NCBI GenBank assembly: GCA_030615175.1
Contig: JAUWZX010000001.1
Span: forward strand, 346,029-410,028
Origin: Candidatus Parvarchaeota archaeon
GTDB lineage: Archaea > Nanobdellota > Nanobdellia > WJKC01
Direction: 5' to 3'
Length of the DNA: 64,000 nucleotides
Below are positions 17,924-28,105 of this stretch, piece after piece; position 1 is the first letter of the stretch; each line of letters begins with the position of its first letter. The position numbers were made by a program, and so were the translations under genes. A model generated the notes under the pieces. That model saw nothing but the letters and a program-made list of their open reading frames with translations. It was not told the DNA's origin and made no database searches.

Positions 17924-18622
17924 TCATAAATTAAGATAGTAAGCATAAAGAACTAAGGCAACGAGAACTATTAATGAAATCATTACTGCAATAACCCAGC
18001 TAACAGTGGGCAGTAAGAAGAGTAATACGCAGGAAACACCAATCAAGGTTGACCACGCAATTCTGGACCAAATAAAAACTTTACTGCCATCAAGAGGAGG
18101 GAAAGGAATTAAGTTAAAAATTGCAAGGATTAAGTTAAGATTCACGGATAACCATGCAATAGGCAGGAATGGAGCAATCATTGCACTGATTAATGCAATA
18201 ATTAAGTTAATTGCAGGTCCTGCAGCACTAATAATCCCTGCTTCCTTAAGAGTTAAGGAAACGAACTTGTAACCAAGCCGCACAGGGTAAAAAGTACTGA
18301 TGCTCACGAACCCGAGAGCAGCGAAGATGAACCTGCCTCCAGTAAAGAAGAAAACTGCAAGGCTTAGTAACACGCCCTGAGGCCATAACACGTATTCAGC
18401 TTTTAAATCATAATGAATTGCAACAAACTTATGAGCTAATTCATGACCCACAAAGGCAATCCCAACGAGTAATGAAGCAGTAAGCCAGTTAATAATGAAT
18501 GAAGTTACGTAATCAGCAATAAATACTTCCATGTAGAAAGAAAACACGAAGCCGAGGATGAAGACACTAATAAGTAAGTCACGAATCTCCTTCTGCGAGA
18601 AGTACTTATTTTTCTTCTTCAT
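17924..18622 (-). CDS. Site-2 (M50) intramembrane metalloprotease
   Basis: HELAHK, AAGPAIN, FNLIPFPPLDG. Confidence 0.92.
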   Translation of the reverse strand: MKKKNKYFSQKEIRDLLISVFILGFVFSFYMEVFIADYVTSFIINWLTASLLVGIAFVGHELAHKFVAIHYDLKAEYVLWPQGVLLSLAVFFFTGGRFIFAALGFVSISTFYPVRLGYKFVSLTLKEAGIISAAGPAINLIIALISAMIAPFLPIAWLSVNLNLILAIFNLIPFPPLDGSKVFIWSRIAWSTLIGVSCVLLFLLPTVSWVIAVMISLIVLVALVLYAYYLNL

Positions 18623-18688
18623 TAATTAATAAATTAAGGCATCCTAACTTAAATCATTTTTGAAAAGTTACAGGATTCTAAGAAGGTC

Positions 18689-19477
18689 TTAGTCAGCAAT
18701 TAAACTAACATAATCAATGTAACTAACTTCTGGTTCGCCGTAATCAGTTGTGTAAGTCCCGCATAAATAGATTACATCACCCTGTCTTAATTCATTATCC
18801 AAAACCCATGAACCCTTAAAGATTTTAATGCTTTCATTATTATCACAGATGTAGAAGACTTGGTATTCATTACCTGCTTTAGAGTAGTAAGGATTAATGC
18901 TTGAACAAATAGTGCCGTTAAGCCTTACTCCCATGCCATTCAATACTTTATTGTTAATTAATGAATTAATACTTGAATCAGAACCCCTGCAAATAATTAC
19001 TGGACTTGCAATTAATAATAGTGACCAGCCAATAGTGAATGCCATTGAACCTTTTAAAGCAACGCCCCTACGAACCCTTGTTAAGTAATCAATTATTGAC
19101 TCCTTATTATAATAAACAACTGCGAGCAATGCAATAATGAAGATGTTAACAGGTACGTAGTTAGTGCTTGTTAAATTAAAACTAAAGAATGTGTTAAGAG
19201 ACCATAAAGCCTGAATACCCATGGTAGTTACTGCGTCAAGGAATAAGTGAGAGGTAAGCCCAATGAATAATGAGAAGGCAGCTCTTTTATCACGCAACTT
19301 GTAAACAAGCAGGCTGGCAAGCACTAGGAATAAAAGCGAGTGAGTAAGCCCCCTGTGAGTTAATCCTATTAAGAAGTCAATGTCAGGCAGCACTGCGCCA
19401 AGAACAACTAATGGAGTGCTGAGTAATAATATTTCTCCAAGCACTAATCCAACAACCGCATGAGTTACTTGCATCAT
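18689..19477 (-). CDS. YdjM-like membrane metal-dependent hydrolase with C-terminal OB-fold-like domain
   Basis: TH, LPDID, HRGLTHSLL, SHLFLD; C-terminal V.L.GTI...F.ICD..ESIKIF...GDVIYLCG. Confidence 0.8.
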   Translation of the reverse strand: MMQVTHAVVGLVLGEILLLSTPLVVLGAVLPDIDFLIGLTHRGLTHSLLFLVLASLLVYKLRDKRAAFSLFIGLTSHLFLDAVTTMGIQALWSLNTFFSFNLTSTNYVPVNIFIIALLAVVYYNKESIIDYLTRVRRGVALKGSMAFTIGWSLLLIASPVIICRGSDSSINSLINNKVLNGMGVRLNGTICSSINPYYSKAGNEYQVFYICDNNESIKIFKGSWVLDNELRQGDVIYLCGTYTTDYGEPEVSYIDYVSLIAD

Positions 19478-19992
19478 ATTAATCGCAAACTATTTATTAC
19501 GTGAAAGCCGTCAGTCCCTGGTATTGGCAGTAAATTAAAAATCGTTAACCATTTATTAATATTCATTAAAGCATAAATTGATTGAGCATTATTGTAAACA
19601 AAATCCCTGTCAGAGTAGTAGCGCAGCATGATGAAGGAGATTAAGTAAATGCTTAAATTAGTTAATGGTCCTGCAAGAGCTGTTAAGGTGAATCCTAAAA
19701 CATTAGTGCCTCCAGTAATGCTCACGTAAGCAGGGATGAAGAATAAAGGGAGTCCTAAGAGCCTGAGCATGACGCCAATAGTTAAGCCCCATATGTTAGC
19801 ATGGTAAACAGCGATGAATCCGAAACCCATTGCAACAAACTTATGAGCTAATTCATGGAAGACTATTGAGAGGGTGGCAATAATGATTACAGGCCTTAAC
19901 TCCCTACCCTTAGTCTTGACATAGGGCATTATTATGAAACTCACTGCACCGATAGTGATTAAAATTTCAATTAATTCAATAAGTGCAAACAT
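19474..19992 (-). CDS. Site-2 (M50) intramembrane metalloprotease
   Basis: HELAHK, LAGPLTN, FNLLPIPGTDG. Confidence 0.9.
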   Translation of the reverse strand: MFALIELIEILITIGAVSFIIMPYVKTKGRELRPVIIIATLSIVFHELAHKFVAMGFGFIAVYHANIWGLTIGVMLRLLGLPLFFIPAYVSITGGTNVLGFTLTALAGPLTNLSIYLISFIMLRYYSDRDFVYNNAQSIYALMNINKWLTIFNLLPIPGTDGFHVINSLRLI

Positions 19993-20081
19993 ATAATTTA
20001 AGGAATAAAAATGCAGTTTTTATAATCTTTTCTTTAAAAGATAAGCCTTAAATTCTTAGTAAGTCTTTAAATTAATTAGTA

Positions 20082-20822
20082 ATGATGCAACCGCACTTAA
20101 GAATAAAGAAAGGGGATATTAGTGAATACTGTATAATTGTTGGTCATCCGGGCAGGATTCAAGTTATTATTAATCACTTAAAGAATGCGCGAAAAGCCAG
20201 TGAGAACAGAGGATACATTGTTTATAATGGAGTATATGAAGGCATTCCAATAACTGTATGTAACACTGGCATTGGAGGTCCAAGCGCTGCAATTGCGATT
20301 GAAGAGTTAATTAATTGCGGTGCAAAAATAATAATAAGGGTTGGCAGTGGTGGCGTTTTAAGGAAGGAGATTAATACAGGTGACTTAGTCATTAGTACTG
20401 GAGTGTGTAAGGAGGAGAAAAGCACGCTTGCTTATGTTCCTGCAGGATTCGCGGCAGCGCCTGATTATGATGTTCTTCATGCTTTAATTAATAGTGCTAA
20501 AGAGTTGGGTATGAAATTTTATTATGGATTAACAATGTGTTGCGATTCTTTTTACGCTAAGAGTCATAGAGAGAAAATGCTTGAATGGTCTGAAATGAAT
20601 ATTATTGGAAGCGAGATGGAGTCATCAATGCTTTTCACGCTGTCACAATTAAGAGGTGTGCGCGCTGGATTAATTTTCTACGCTGGATTAAATATTATTA
20701 GAAAACAAACTCCTAAAGATATATTAAAACAAGAAAAGGAAAGGGTGAGGGGGGAGGAGAATGCAGTCATGGTAACTCTTCATGCTATTAAAAAACTTAA
20801 AGGAGGTGTAAATAATGGCTAA
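20082..20822 (+). CDS. Nucleoside (uridine/purine) phosphorylase, NP-I family
   Basis: GHPGR, TGIGGPSAAIAIEEL, IRVGSGG, SEMESS. Confidence 0.92.
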   Translation: MMQPHLRIKKGDISEYCIIVGHPGRIQVIINHLKNARKASENRGYIVYNGVYEGIPITVCNTGIGGPSAAIAIEELINCGAKIIIRVGSGGVLRKEINTGDLVISTGVCKEEKSTLAYVPAGFAAAPDYDVLHALINSAKELGMKFYYGLTMCCDSFYAKSHREKMLEWSEMNIIGSEMESSMLFTLSQLRGVRAGLIFYAGLNIIRKQTPKDILKQEKERVRGEENAVMVTLHAIKKLKGGVNNG

Positions 20823-21423
20823 ACAAGATTGGATTACTAGGATTAAGGCAGAATTCACAACGATAGCGATAGTGATGATACCAATAGCTATAGGTATTAA
20901 TCAGGCAGGAAGATTAATACACGAAGCGCTTGGATTGCCTGTATGGCTTGACACTATTGGAACAATATTCACTGCAATGCTTTGCGGTCCATGGGTTGCA
21001 GGAGTTGGCGGGTTCTTCACTAACGTGGTAACAGCAATTGCTTATGGAAGGGCAACAAGTGTTTTCTTCGGACTAGTGCAGTTAGGAATTGGTTTTCTAG
21101 CAGGATTCTTCGCCTGGAAAGGGTGGTGGAAGAAGTGGTGGAAAGTGCCTTTATGCGGTATTGCCTTAGCGGCGACGGCAGCATTGATTAGTGCTCCAAT
21201 AGTCGTCACAGTGAGAGGAGGAGTTTCAGGACAGGGAATTGACTTGGTCTTCGCGTTCTTCCTAGCGACAGGACAGAATTTCTGGACAGCAATATTTGCT
21301 TCAAGATTCTTGATAGAGATATTGGACAAAGGAATAATATCAACGTATATACCTTGGGCTGCAGTAAAGAGGCTGCCAGAAAAGTATGCAAGAATGTTCA
21401 AGTACACGAAGAAAGTAAGGTGA
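20815..21423 (+). CDS. ECF transporter S component (probably nucleoside-specific)
   Basis: IPIAIGIN..LPVWLDTIGT..GPW; co-operonic with EcfT/EcfA and the phosphorylase. Confidence 0.85.
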   Translation: MAKQDWITRIKAEFTTIAIVMIPIAIGINQAGRLIHEALGLPVWLDTIGTIFTAMLCGPWVAGVGGFFTNVVTAIAYGRATSVFFGLVQLGIGFLAGFFAWKGWWKKWWKVPLCGIALAATAALISAPIVVTVRGGVSGQGIDLVFAFFLATGQNFWTAIFASRFLIEILDKGIISTYIPWAAVKRLPEKYARMFKYTKKVR

Positions 21424-21475
21424 ATGCATAAAATAGTAATTAATATAACCTTCTTTTCCTTTTTATTTATTTAAC

Positions 21476-22252
21476 ATGCCTAGAGCTTTGCTTATTTCAT
21501 ACATTGATAAGGATTCATTTTTCCATAAACTTAATCCAGTAACCAAGTTAGTAATTACTATCAGTGTTATTATATTAATTTTTATAACTAAGAGTTTTAT
21601 TCATAACTTAATCATTTTTATTTTCATCATCCCGTTTGCTTATTATTCTAAATTAACAAAGCAAGTTTTCATGCCAATAAAGTACTTGTTCATAATATTC
21701 GTGATATTATTTGTTATTCAGGGATTATTTTATCCTTTCCGTGAAACAGTTTTAATACAACTCCCTTATGGTTTTGCAATCTGGACTGAAGGCTTGATTT
21801 ATGCTTCAATGATTTCATCAAGGCTTTTAGTAATGCTTGTTTACGGTTACTTATTTGTCCTGACAACTCATCCGGGAGACTTGGTTTCCGCATTAAGGAA
21901 GTTAAGACTGCCTTACATATTTGGTTACATTGTATTAGCCACGCTTCAGATAATACCAAGAGTGCAGTCTCAAATGGCAACAATCATTGAAGCACAGAAG
22001 AGCAGGGGGTTGGAAACTAAAGGCAGCATCGTGAAAAGATTAAGGGCTTATACCCCACTGCTTGGACCATTATTCATGGGCTCAGTTCAGAATGCAATAG
22101 AGAGGGCAACAGCATTAGAGGCAAGGGCGTTCTCAGCTAAGTGTGAGAAAACCAGTTACAGGGAAACCATTATCATGAAAAAGGATAAGGTTATCATGGT
22201 TTTAACAATAATTTGTTTAATAATTTTTGGAGTTACGTCATGGCTATTGTAG
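21476..22252 (+). CDS. ecfT: ECF transmembrane component T
   Basis: HKLNP.TK, TTHP.DL, AQKSRG, ALEARAF. Confidence 0.93.
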   Translation: MPRALLISYIDKDSFFHKLNPVTKLVITISVIILIFITKSFIHNLIIFIFIIPFAYYSKLTKQVFMPIKYLFIIFVILFVIQGLFYPFRETVLIQLPYGFAIWTEGLIYASMISSRLLVMLVYGYLFVLTTHPGDLVSALRKLRLPYIFGYIVLATLQIIPRVQSQMATIIEAQKSRGLETKGSIVKRLRAYTPLLGPLFMGSVQNAIERATALEARAFSAKCEKTSYRETIIMKKDKVIMVLTIICLIIFGVTSWLL

Positions 22253-23091
22253 AGTTCAAGAATTTCTCCTGGAATTACTCAGGGTACAGGAGTAAGGTAT
22301 TAAGAAATATTAATTTATCAATTAATAAAGGAGAATTCTTTGGGATAATTGGAGGCGTTGGTTCAGGCAGGACAACCTTTTGCTCTGCAATAATGGGTTT
22401 AGTGCCTCACTTATATCCTGGCAACATTGACGGTGAACTAATAGTTGATGGATTAAATACTGAGAAGTCAAGCATGTCTGATTTATCAACCCGGGTTGGA
22501 TTAATAATGCAGTCACCTGACACTCAATTGACAGGTGCTGGAATGAATGTAGAGGAAGAATTATCATTTGGTTTAGAGAATTTAGGGACTCCTAGGAAAG
22601 AAATGATTAAGAGAGTTAAAAAAATGATTAAGTTAATTGGCCTGGAATCATTTAAGTATAGAAACCCTTTTGAATTATCTGGCGGTCAGCAGCAGAAAGT
22701 AGCGATTGCAAGCGTTTTAATAATGCAGCCTGAAATATTAGTTCTTGATGAGCCAACAGCACAATTAGACCCGTTAGGCACTACTCTTGTTTTTAACTTA
22801 ATTAAGAAACTAGCTAGGAAAGGTATTACAATCATACTTAACACTCAAAAGATTGATTACCTTGCTGAATTCGCTGACAGGGTTGCAATACTGAATGATA
22901 ATGAAATAAGGAAGGTTGGAAAGACGAGAGAAGTATTAACTGATATTAATTTATTAAAGAAGAACAGGATTATTTCATCAGATTTCACTCAATTATCCAA
23001 TGAGTTAATTAATCGGAAGTTGTACAAGGGAGCGCTTTGCATGACTTTAAATGATGCTAAAGAAATGATTAGTAAGGTGAAGCGCGGATGA
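22240..23091 (+). CDS. ecfA: ECF ATPase (degenerate Walker A GSGRTT; His-switch Q)
   Basis: GGVGSGRTT, LSGGQQQ, LDEPT, NTQ. Confidence 0.9.
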   Translation: MAIVEFKNFSWNYSGYRSKVLRNINLSINKGEFFGIIGGVGSGRTTFCSAIMGLVPHLYPGNIDGELIVDGLNTEKSSMSDLSTRVGLIMQSPDTQLTGAGMNVEEELSFGLENLGTPRKEMIKRVKKMIKLIGLESFKYRNPFELSGGQQQKVAIASVLIMQPEILVLDEPTAQLDPLGTTLVFNLIKKLARKGITIILNTQKIDYLAEFADRVAILNDNEIRKVGKTREVLTDINLLKKNRIISSDFTQLSNELINRKLYKGALCMTLNDAKEMISKVKRG

Positions 23092-23921
23092 GTGAGCCAG
23101 TAATTAAAATTAAGGATTTAACATTCACTTATCCTGCAGGAGTCACTGCTCTTAGAGAAATTAATTTAGAAATTAACAAGGGTGAAGTATTGGCAGTAAT
23201 TGGTCAGAATGGCAGTGGCAAGACAACGCTTGTAAAACACTTTAATGGACTGCTTAAGCCATCAAGAGGCAATGTATTAGTAAATAATAATAATACTAAG
23301 AAATTTACAACCGCTCAATTATCAAGAACTGTTGGTTACGTATTCCAGGACCCTGATGACCAGATATTCATGAGTAAGGTCTATAAAGAAATTGAATTTG
23401 GTCCTAAGAATTTAGGATTAAAGGGAAGTGAGTTAAAAAGAAGTGTTAAGGAAGCTCTGGAAATTGTTGGTTTATGGGATTTAAGAAGGAAGCATCCTCT
23501 TGACTTGAATCTCAATGAGAAGAAATTAATTGCAATATCATCTATTATTGCAATGAAGCCTGAAGTAATAATTCTTGACGAACCAACCACTGGACAGGAC
23601 CATCATGGAGTAAAGAAGGTAGAGTCATTAATTAATGAGTTAAGCAGGAATCACACGATTATTGTGATATCCCATAACATGGATTTAGTTTCACGTGTAG
23701 CTTCAAGAGTAATCGTGATGTATGATTCAAGAATTCTCTTCCAGGGAACTCCTAAAAAAGTTTTTGTAAAAAACGCATTATTAAATAAGACTTACCTTAA
23801 GCCGCCTCCAATAGCGAGGTTAGCGCAGAGCATTAAAGGATTTAAGAGGGATGTATTAACAATTGATGAGTTCATTGATGAATTAATTAGTAATAAGTCT
23901 CGCTCTTCAAAATCTCATTGA
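23088..23921 (+). CDS. ecfA: ECF ATPase (degenerate signature LNLNE)
   Basis: GQNGSGKTT, FQDPDDQ, LDEPTTGQD, SHNM. Confidence 0.92.
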   Translation: MSEPVIKIKDLTFTYPAGVTALREINLEINKGEVLAVIGQNGSGKTTLVKHFNGLLKPSRGNVLVNNNNTKKFTTAQLSRTVGYVFQDPDDQIFMSKVYKEIEFGPKNLGLKGSELKRSVKEALEIVGLWDLRRKHPLDLNLNEKKLIAISSIIAMKPEVIILDEPTTGQDHHGVKKVESLINELSRNHTIIVISHNMDLVSRVASRVIVMYDSRILFQGTPKKVFVKNALLNKTYLKPPPIARLAQSIKGFKRDVLTIDEFIDELISNKSRSSKSH

Positions 23922-24411
23922 ATGATCTCATCTTCTTTTTGCCAGGCTTCTCGTCAGAGTAACCAATTGAAATCAAGCAAACAATGTGAACATGCCTTGG
24001 GAGTCTTAATACTTTATTGATTGTTTTCTCAATTTCAGGGTAGTCAGGGTCAAAGGCGCCGATGTAACAAGCACCGAGTCCTAAGGCGTTAGCAGTTATT
24101 AGTATATTCTCTGCAGCAATTGCAACATTCTCTAAGTTATGTGCTTTAGTGCGCGACTTCGTTTCATCATAACAGCAGGCGATTAGTAGTGGCGCGTCCT
24201 TTATGAACCGGCTCTTTTGGCTCTTCTGCGCTGTTATCCTGTCCTTTGTTTCCTGTTTCGTGATTGTTATGAATACCCATGGCTGGTCATTAAATGCTGA
24301 TGGCGCATTACGAGCACCTGTTATTAATTTCTTAATCAAGTGTTTAGGAATTCTCTTCTTCTTGTACTTCCTTATGCTCCTTCGGGTATTAATCGCCTTT
24401 AAGCAGTCCAT
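23887..24411 (-). CDS. Nitroreductase family protein
   Basis: RRSIRKY, APSAFNDQPW, LGLGACYIG. Confidence 0.92.
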   Translation of the reverse strand: MDCLKAINTRRSIRKYKKKRIPKHLIKKLITGARNAPSAFNDQPWVFITITKQETKDRITAQKSQKSRFIKDAPLLIACCYDETKSRTKAHNLENVAIAAENILITANALGLGACYIGAFDPDYPEIEKTINKVLRLPRHVHIVCLISIGYSDEKPGKKKMRSFNEILKSETYY

Positions 24412-24456
24412 GAATTTAGTTAATCTTTTATTAATTAAAAACCTTCTTGAATATTA

Positions 24457-24867
24457 ATGCCATGGCTTGTTTATGTATTAATTGCAGTAGTCCTTATGAG
24501 TTTTAGTTCTTTAATCGTTAAGAAGTTAATGAAGAATGTTAATCAGTTAATAATACTTTTTTATCAGTGCCTAATCGCAGTTCCATTAGTCATTATTTAT
24601 TCATATTTTAGTAGTGGAGCATTAATCACTATTAATAACTACCCGTTAATACTATTAGGAGTTATTTATGTAACAGCCATAGCACTTTATTATGTTGCAT
24701 TAAGCAATGGTCCTTTATCAAAGGTTTCCCCTGTGTTTAATCTTAAAATGATTGTCACAGCAGTTTTAGGGTTGATAATATTAATAGAACCTTTAACGAT
24801 TCAATTAATCCTTGGCTTAGTCTTTGGAATGTTAGGCATTTACTTGCTTGGCGGTGAGCGTGAATGA
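24457..24867 (+). CDS. EamA/DMT half transporter
   Basis: 5 TM; ALSNGPLSKVSP..LILIEPLT. Confidence 0.85.
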   Translation: MPWLVYVLIAVVLMSFSSLIVKKLMKNVNQLIILFYQCLIAVPLVIIYSYFSSGALITINNYPLILLGVIYVTAIALYYVALSNGPLSKVSPVFNLKMIVTAVLGLIILIEPLTIQLILGLVFGMLGIYLLGGERE

Positions 24868-25274
24868 ACTGGATTTATTATACAATTGTTGCAATGATTA
24901 TTATAGGAGGATTACTATTCTTTATTAAATTATTATCCTTTAACGTGTTCCCGCTAGTCTTACTGTCTTACCAGTATATTGGTAGTTTAATAACCATATT
25001 CATTTACTTACTAATCAGAAAAATTAGTTTTAGCGTAAACAGGATTAACCTGATTAAAATCTTTTTATCAGGATTACTTGTTTCAACAGGATTATCATTT
25101 TATTACTTATCTATTTCTTTGACAAGCACTTCAAGGGTTGTGCCATTACATAATGTTGGAGTAACATTGCTTCCTGCTTTGCTTGCATTCATTTTCTTAA
25201 AAGAAAAGATTACTAAGCGCGTGATTGCAGGGCTTGCATGCTCTGTTTTATGCATAATCTTTTTAACAATTTAA
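24864..25274 (+). CDS. EamA/DMT half transporter
   Basis: 5 TM; LAFIFLKEKIT. Confidence 0.85.
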   Translation: MNWIYYTIVAMIIIGGLLFFIKLLSFNVFPLVLLSYQYIGSLITIFIYLLIRKISFSVNRINLIKIFLSGLLVSTGLSFYYLSISLTSTSRVVPLHNVGVTLLPALLAFIFLKEKITKRVIAGLACSVLCIIFLTI

Positions 25275-25289
25275 TTCTTACTTTAATTC

Positions 25290-26150
25290 ATGCTTGACGT
25301 GTTAAGCGTTGGGAATGCTAATATGGATTTCTTAATTAATAGTAAGGGAATCCCTGATAAGAATATTATTCCATTAGTGCTTCCTGGAGGTTCAGCATCT
25401 AATTTCGCTATTGCCTGCGCAAAGCTTGGATTAAAAACTGGATTCCTCGGATTCACTGGCAGGGATGCCTTTAGTGATTTAATAATTAATAATTTCAAGT
25501 GCTGGGGCGTTAAAGCCTTTATTAAAAGGGTTAACAAGCATACAGGCATTGTTTTAGTTTTCACTAAGAAGCGTTTTAAGAGGATGATTCATTACAAAGG
25601 GGCTAATGAATTCTTAAAAAGTGCTGACTTAAAACCTTATGCTGATAAAACGAGTCACTTGCACTTAGCAACGCCTCCATTTAAATTATTAAGGTATTTA
25701 AGGTATTTTAAGTCAGCAAGCGTTGACCCTGGCAGCAGTCTGTCAGTGATTAATTTTGGAAAAATAAGACCATTCTTTAAGCATATTAATGTATTCATAC
25801 CTAACGAGTTAGAGATTGAGAGTATATGTGGTTGTAATTACAGGAAGGCTGCTGTAATGATTCTTGATGCTGGCTGTAAGCTAGTCATTGTTAAGCGAGG
25901 GTGGAAGGGTTGTTATGCTGCTGACGGTGAGCAGGAGATTAGTCTTAAAGCATTCCCACAGCAACCTATTGACACTACTGGTGCTGGCGACTCTTTTAAC
26001 AGTGCTTTCATTAATGCATGGCTTAAGAGTTGTGATTTAAGGACTGCATGCCTTAATGGATTAGCATCAGCTCATAAAACAATTCATCACCTGGGACCTC
26101 AGAATTCAGCCACTGCAAGAGAGATTAAAGAGATTCTTAAAAAGTATTAA
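25290..26150 (+). CDS. PfkB-family carbohydrate/nucleoside kinase
   Basis: GGSASNFA, PNELE, VKRGWKG, DTTGAGDSF. Confidence 0.93.
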   Translation: MLDVLSVGNANMDFLINSKGIPDKNIIPLVLPGGSASNFAIACAKLGLKTGFLGFTGRDAFSDLIINNFKCWGVKAFIKRVNKHTGIVLVFTKKRFKRMIHYKGANEFLKSADLKPYADKTSHLHLATPPFKLLRYLRYFKSASVDPGSSLSVINFGKIRPFFKHINVFIPNELEIESICGCNYRKAAVMILDAGCKLVIVKRGWKGCYAADGEQEISLKAFPQQPIDTTGAGDSFNSAFINAWLKSCDLRTACLNGLASAHKTIHHLGPQNSATAREIKEILKKY

Positions 26151-26152
26151 TT

Positions 26153-26497
26153 CTAGTGCATTCTTATTTCATCATTAATCTTTGTATTACCCGCGTCTAG
26201 TAATTCAACAACGTAACTGGCGCTTTTCTCTGGGAAGTAAAGCCTCCAGCGCTTGCAGTGCTTTTTATCCACAACCACTCCTTTCTCGTCAAGCCATAAC
26301 ACGTCTAATTCCTGAGGCACGAAGAACATGTGAATCCCTGCTCCTAACCTGTCATTATAAGGGTTCTTCAAAACGCATGCCTCGCCTTTTCTTAATTTCT
26401 TGAACATTAAGCCAAGAAACCTGCTTTCCCAGGCATTACGTGCAAGTATCTTCCTGCTCGTCACGTTCTTAATTATCATTATATATTCCTTAGACAA
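26153..26497 (-). CDS. DUF192-family protein
   Basis: GLMF, IHMFFVP..LDVLWLD, YVVEL. Confidence 0.85.
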   Translation of the reverse strand: MSKEYIMIIKNVTSRKILARNAWESRFLGLMFKKLRKGEACVLKNPYNDRLGAGIHMFFVPQELDVLWLDEKGVVVDKKHCKRWRLYFPEKSASYVVELLDAGNTKINDEIRMH

Positions 26498-26522
26498 TAA
26501 ATACTTATAAATTACTTCTTAA

Positions 26523-27053
26523 ATGAAGATATTTATGGGCACAAAATCAACTGAAGTTAAGATTAACAAGACAATTAGTGATCAAGACTTCTTAGACATT
26601 GTTGATGAAGCAATCCCTGAAGGATATAAGAAATACTTAATTGAGTATGGTAAGGCAAGAGTGAACTTTGAGCGTAACGGTGTACGTTTTGATTGGAAGG
26701 AATTAACCCCTGTAGACTCTCTTAGAATAAGGTACCCTGTTGGGATTATGGAATTATCTTTACTTGATTATAATAGACGCGACTACATTATTGAAAGTGG
26801 AAAATCCGCAAAATATTTTATTAGTGTAAACTCATATCGTGAGGATGCAGTAGTATGCAAGTTTAAAGAGAAACTTCCTATGGATGAAATAACATTTATG
26901 GTTACAGGTGGCTTACGGAATCAACGCCAAATGTATGAAGCATTGGAGAGAAAATTAGAATTAAGGCTAAAAGAGGGCTGTGTGGATATTATAAAGAACA
27001 ATGTTGGGGACGATAAATTGTCTAAGAAAGTGTTAGAAGAAATTATTTATTAA
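26523..27053 (+). CDS. Hypothetical protein
   Basis: Open frame; no motif recognised. Confidence 0.6.
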   Translation: MKIFMGTKSTEVKINKTISDQDFLDIVDEAIPEGYKKYLIEYGKARVNFERNGVRFDWKELTPVDSLRIRYPVGIMELSLLDYNRRDYIIESGKSAKYFISVNSYREDAVVCKFKEKLPMDEITFMVTGGLRNQRQMYEALERKLELRLKEGCVDIIKNNVGDDKLSKKVLEEIIY

Positions 27054-27150
27054 TATTTTTTATAGAAATTAAAACTTTATAAATTATTTTTGAAGTAAGG
27101 TTTTTTATGAATTCAAAAGAATATGATATAATTCCTTATTTTTTTATTAT

Positions 27151-27999
27151 TTATTTAAACACCAGGCCAGCGTAAGAAACCACGTTAGAGTAGTCTCTCG
27201 TAACGTCAGAGCTTGTGGAGTAATTAAGGAATTTAGGTCTGCCTCTTAAATTATGCATGGCCTGCATTAATGCAGTGATTGGTTTGTAACCGCAAATCGT
27301 TGATTTCTCCCCTAAGGCGTGGAACTCATTAACTTTTAATTTCTGAATTAAATTTATTGCCTTCATGTCATGGTCATACATTTCAACTTTCACGTTGCGG
27401 AAGGGTTCGTAACCGTAAAACGAGCCGTGATGAGTGAAGTCGCTGCTTGCAATAATTGTGGCATTAAGCTTGCTTAACTCCCTGCCAAGCAATTTTAATT
27501 CATCAAGTGATGCATTACTAATCATTATTGGAACTATTTTGAATTCACTGCCATATAATGCTTGAAGGAATGGTAATTGAACCTCTATTGAGTGCTCATT
27601 CATGTGAGCTAAGTGGTCAGGATTTTTCTTTAATGAGTTAAGCAGGACTTCAGCAACATCCCTGTCAATAAGTACGTCCCCTAGTGGAGTCTTCCACTTG
27701 GCGTTATGCATCACGCTAATTGACTCAATACTTATTCCAGTATGATTGGGCCCTATTATCACGAATGTTCTTGGCTCATGCTTTGATAACTCATAGTAAG
27801 AGTAAGCAGCAGTCATTCCTGAGTAAACGTAACCAGCGTGCGGACAGATTAATCCCTTCAAGTATTCCTTGTCGCGTTTCTTGTAAGGAGTCTTCTTAAC
27901 ACCTTTATCATAACAATCATTAATTGTTCTGAGCAATTCTTCTTTGTCCTCAGGATAGAATGTTCCTGCACCTATTGCCTCGCGAGCGTATAAAGCCAT
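27151..27999 (-). CDS. MEMO1-family protein (AmmeMemoRadiSam B)
   Basis: AGTFYP, PHAGYVYSG, GPNH, EHSIEVQLPFLQ, SSDFTH, TICG. Confidence 0.94.
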   Translation of the reverse strand: MALYAREAIGAGTFYPEDKEELLRTINDCYDKGVKKTPYKKRDKEYLKGLICPHAGYVYSGMTAAYSYYELSKHEPRTFVIIGPNHTGISIESISVMHNAKWKTPLGDVLIDRDVAEVLLNSLKKNPDHLAHMNEHSIEVQLPFLQALYGSEFKIVPIMISNASLDELKLLGRELSKLNATIIASSDFTHHGSFYGYEPFRNVKVEMYDHDMKAINLIQKLKVNEFHALGEKSTICGYKPITALMQAMHNLRGRPKFLNYSTSSDVTRDYSNVVSYAGLVFK

Positions 28000-28105
28000 T
28001 AAATGATTCTTATAAAGTAATAATTTATTAAATATTTCTTTTATAAGAATTTAAGTTTTTCAATAATCTAAATATTTATAAGTTACTATTTATGAAAAGA
28101 TAGTA

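Noticed and set aside
27070..27175. TATA followed by a 22-codon micro-ORF (MNSKEYDII...)
   Set aside because: Too short and low in complexity to support; could be a gene remnant.
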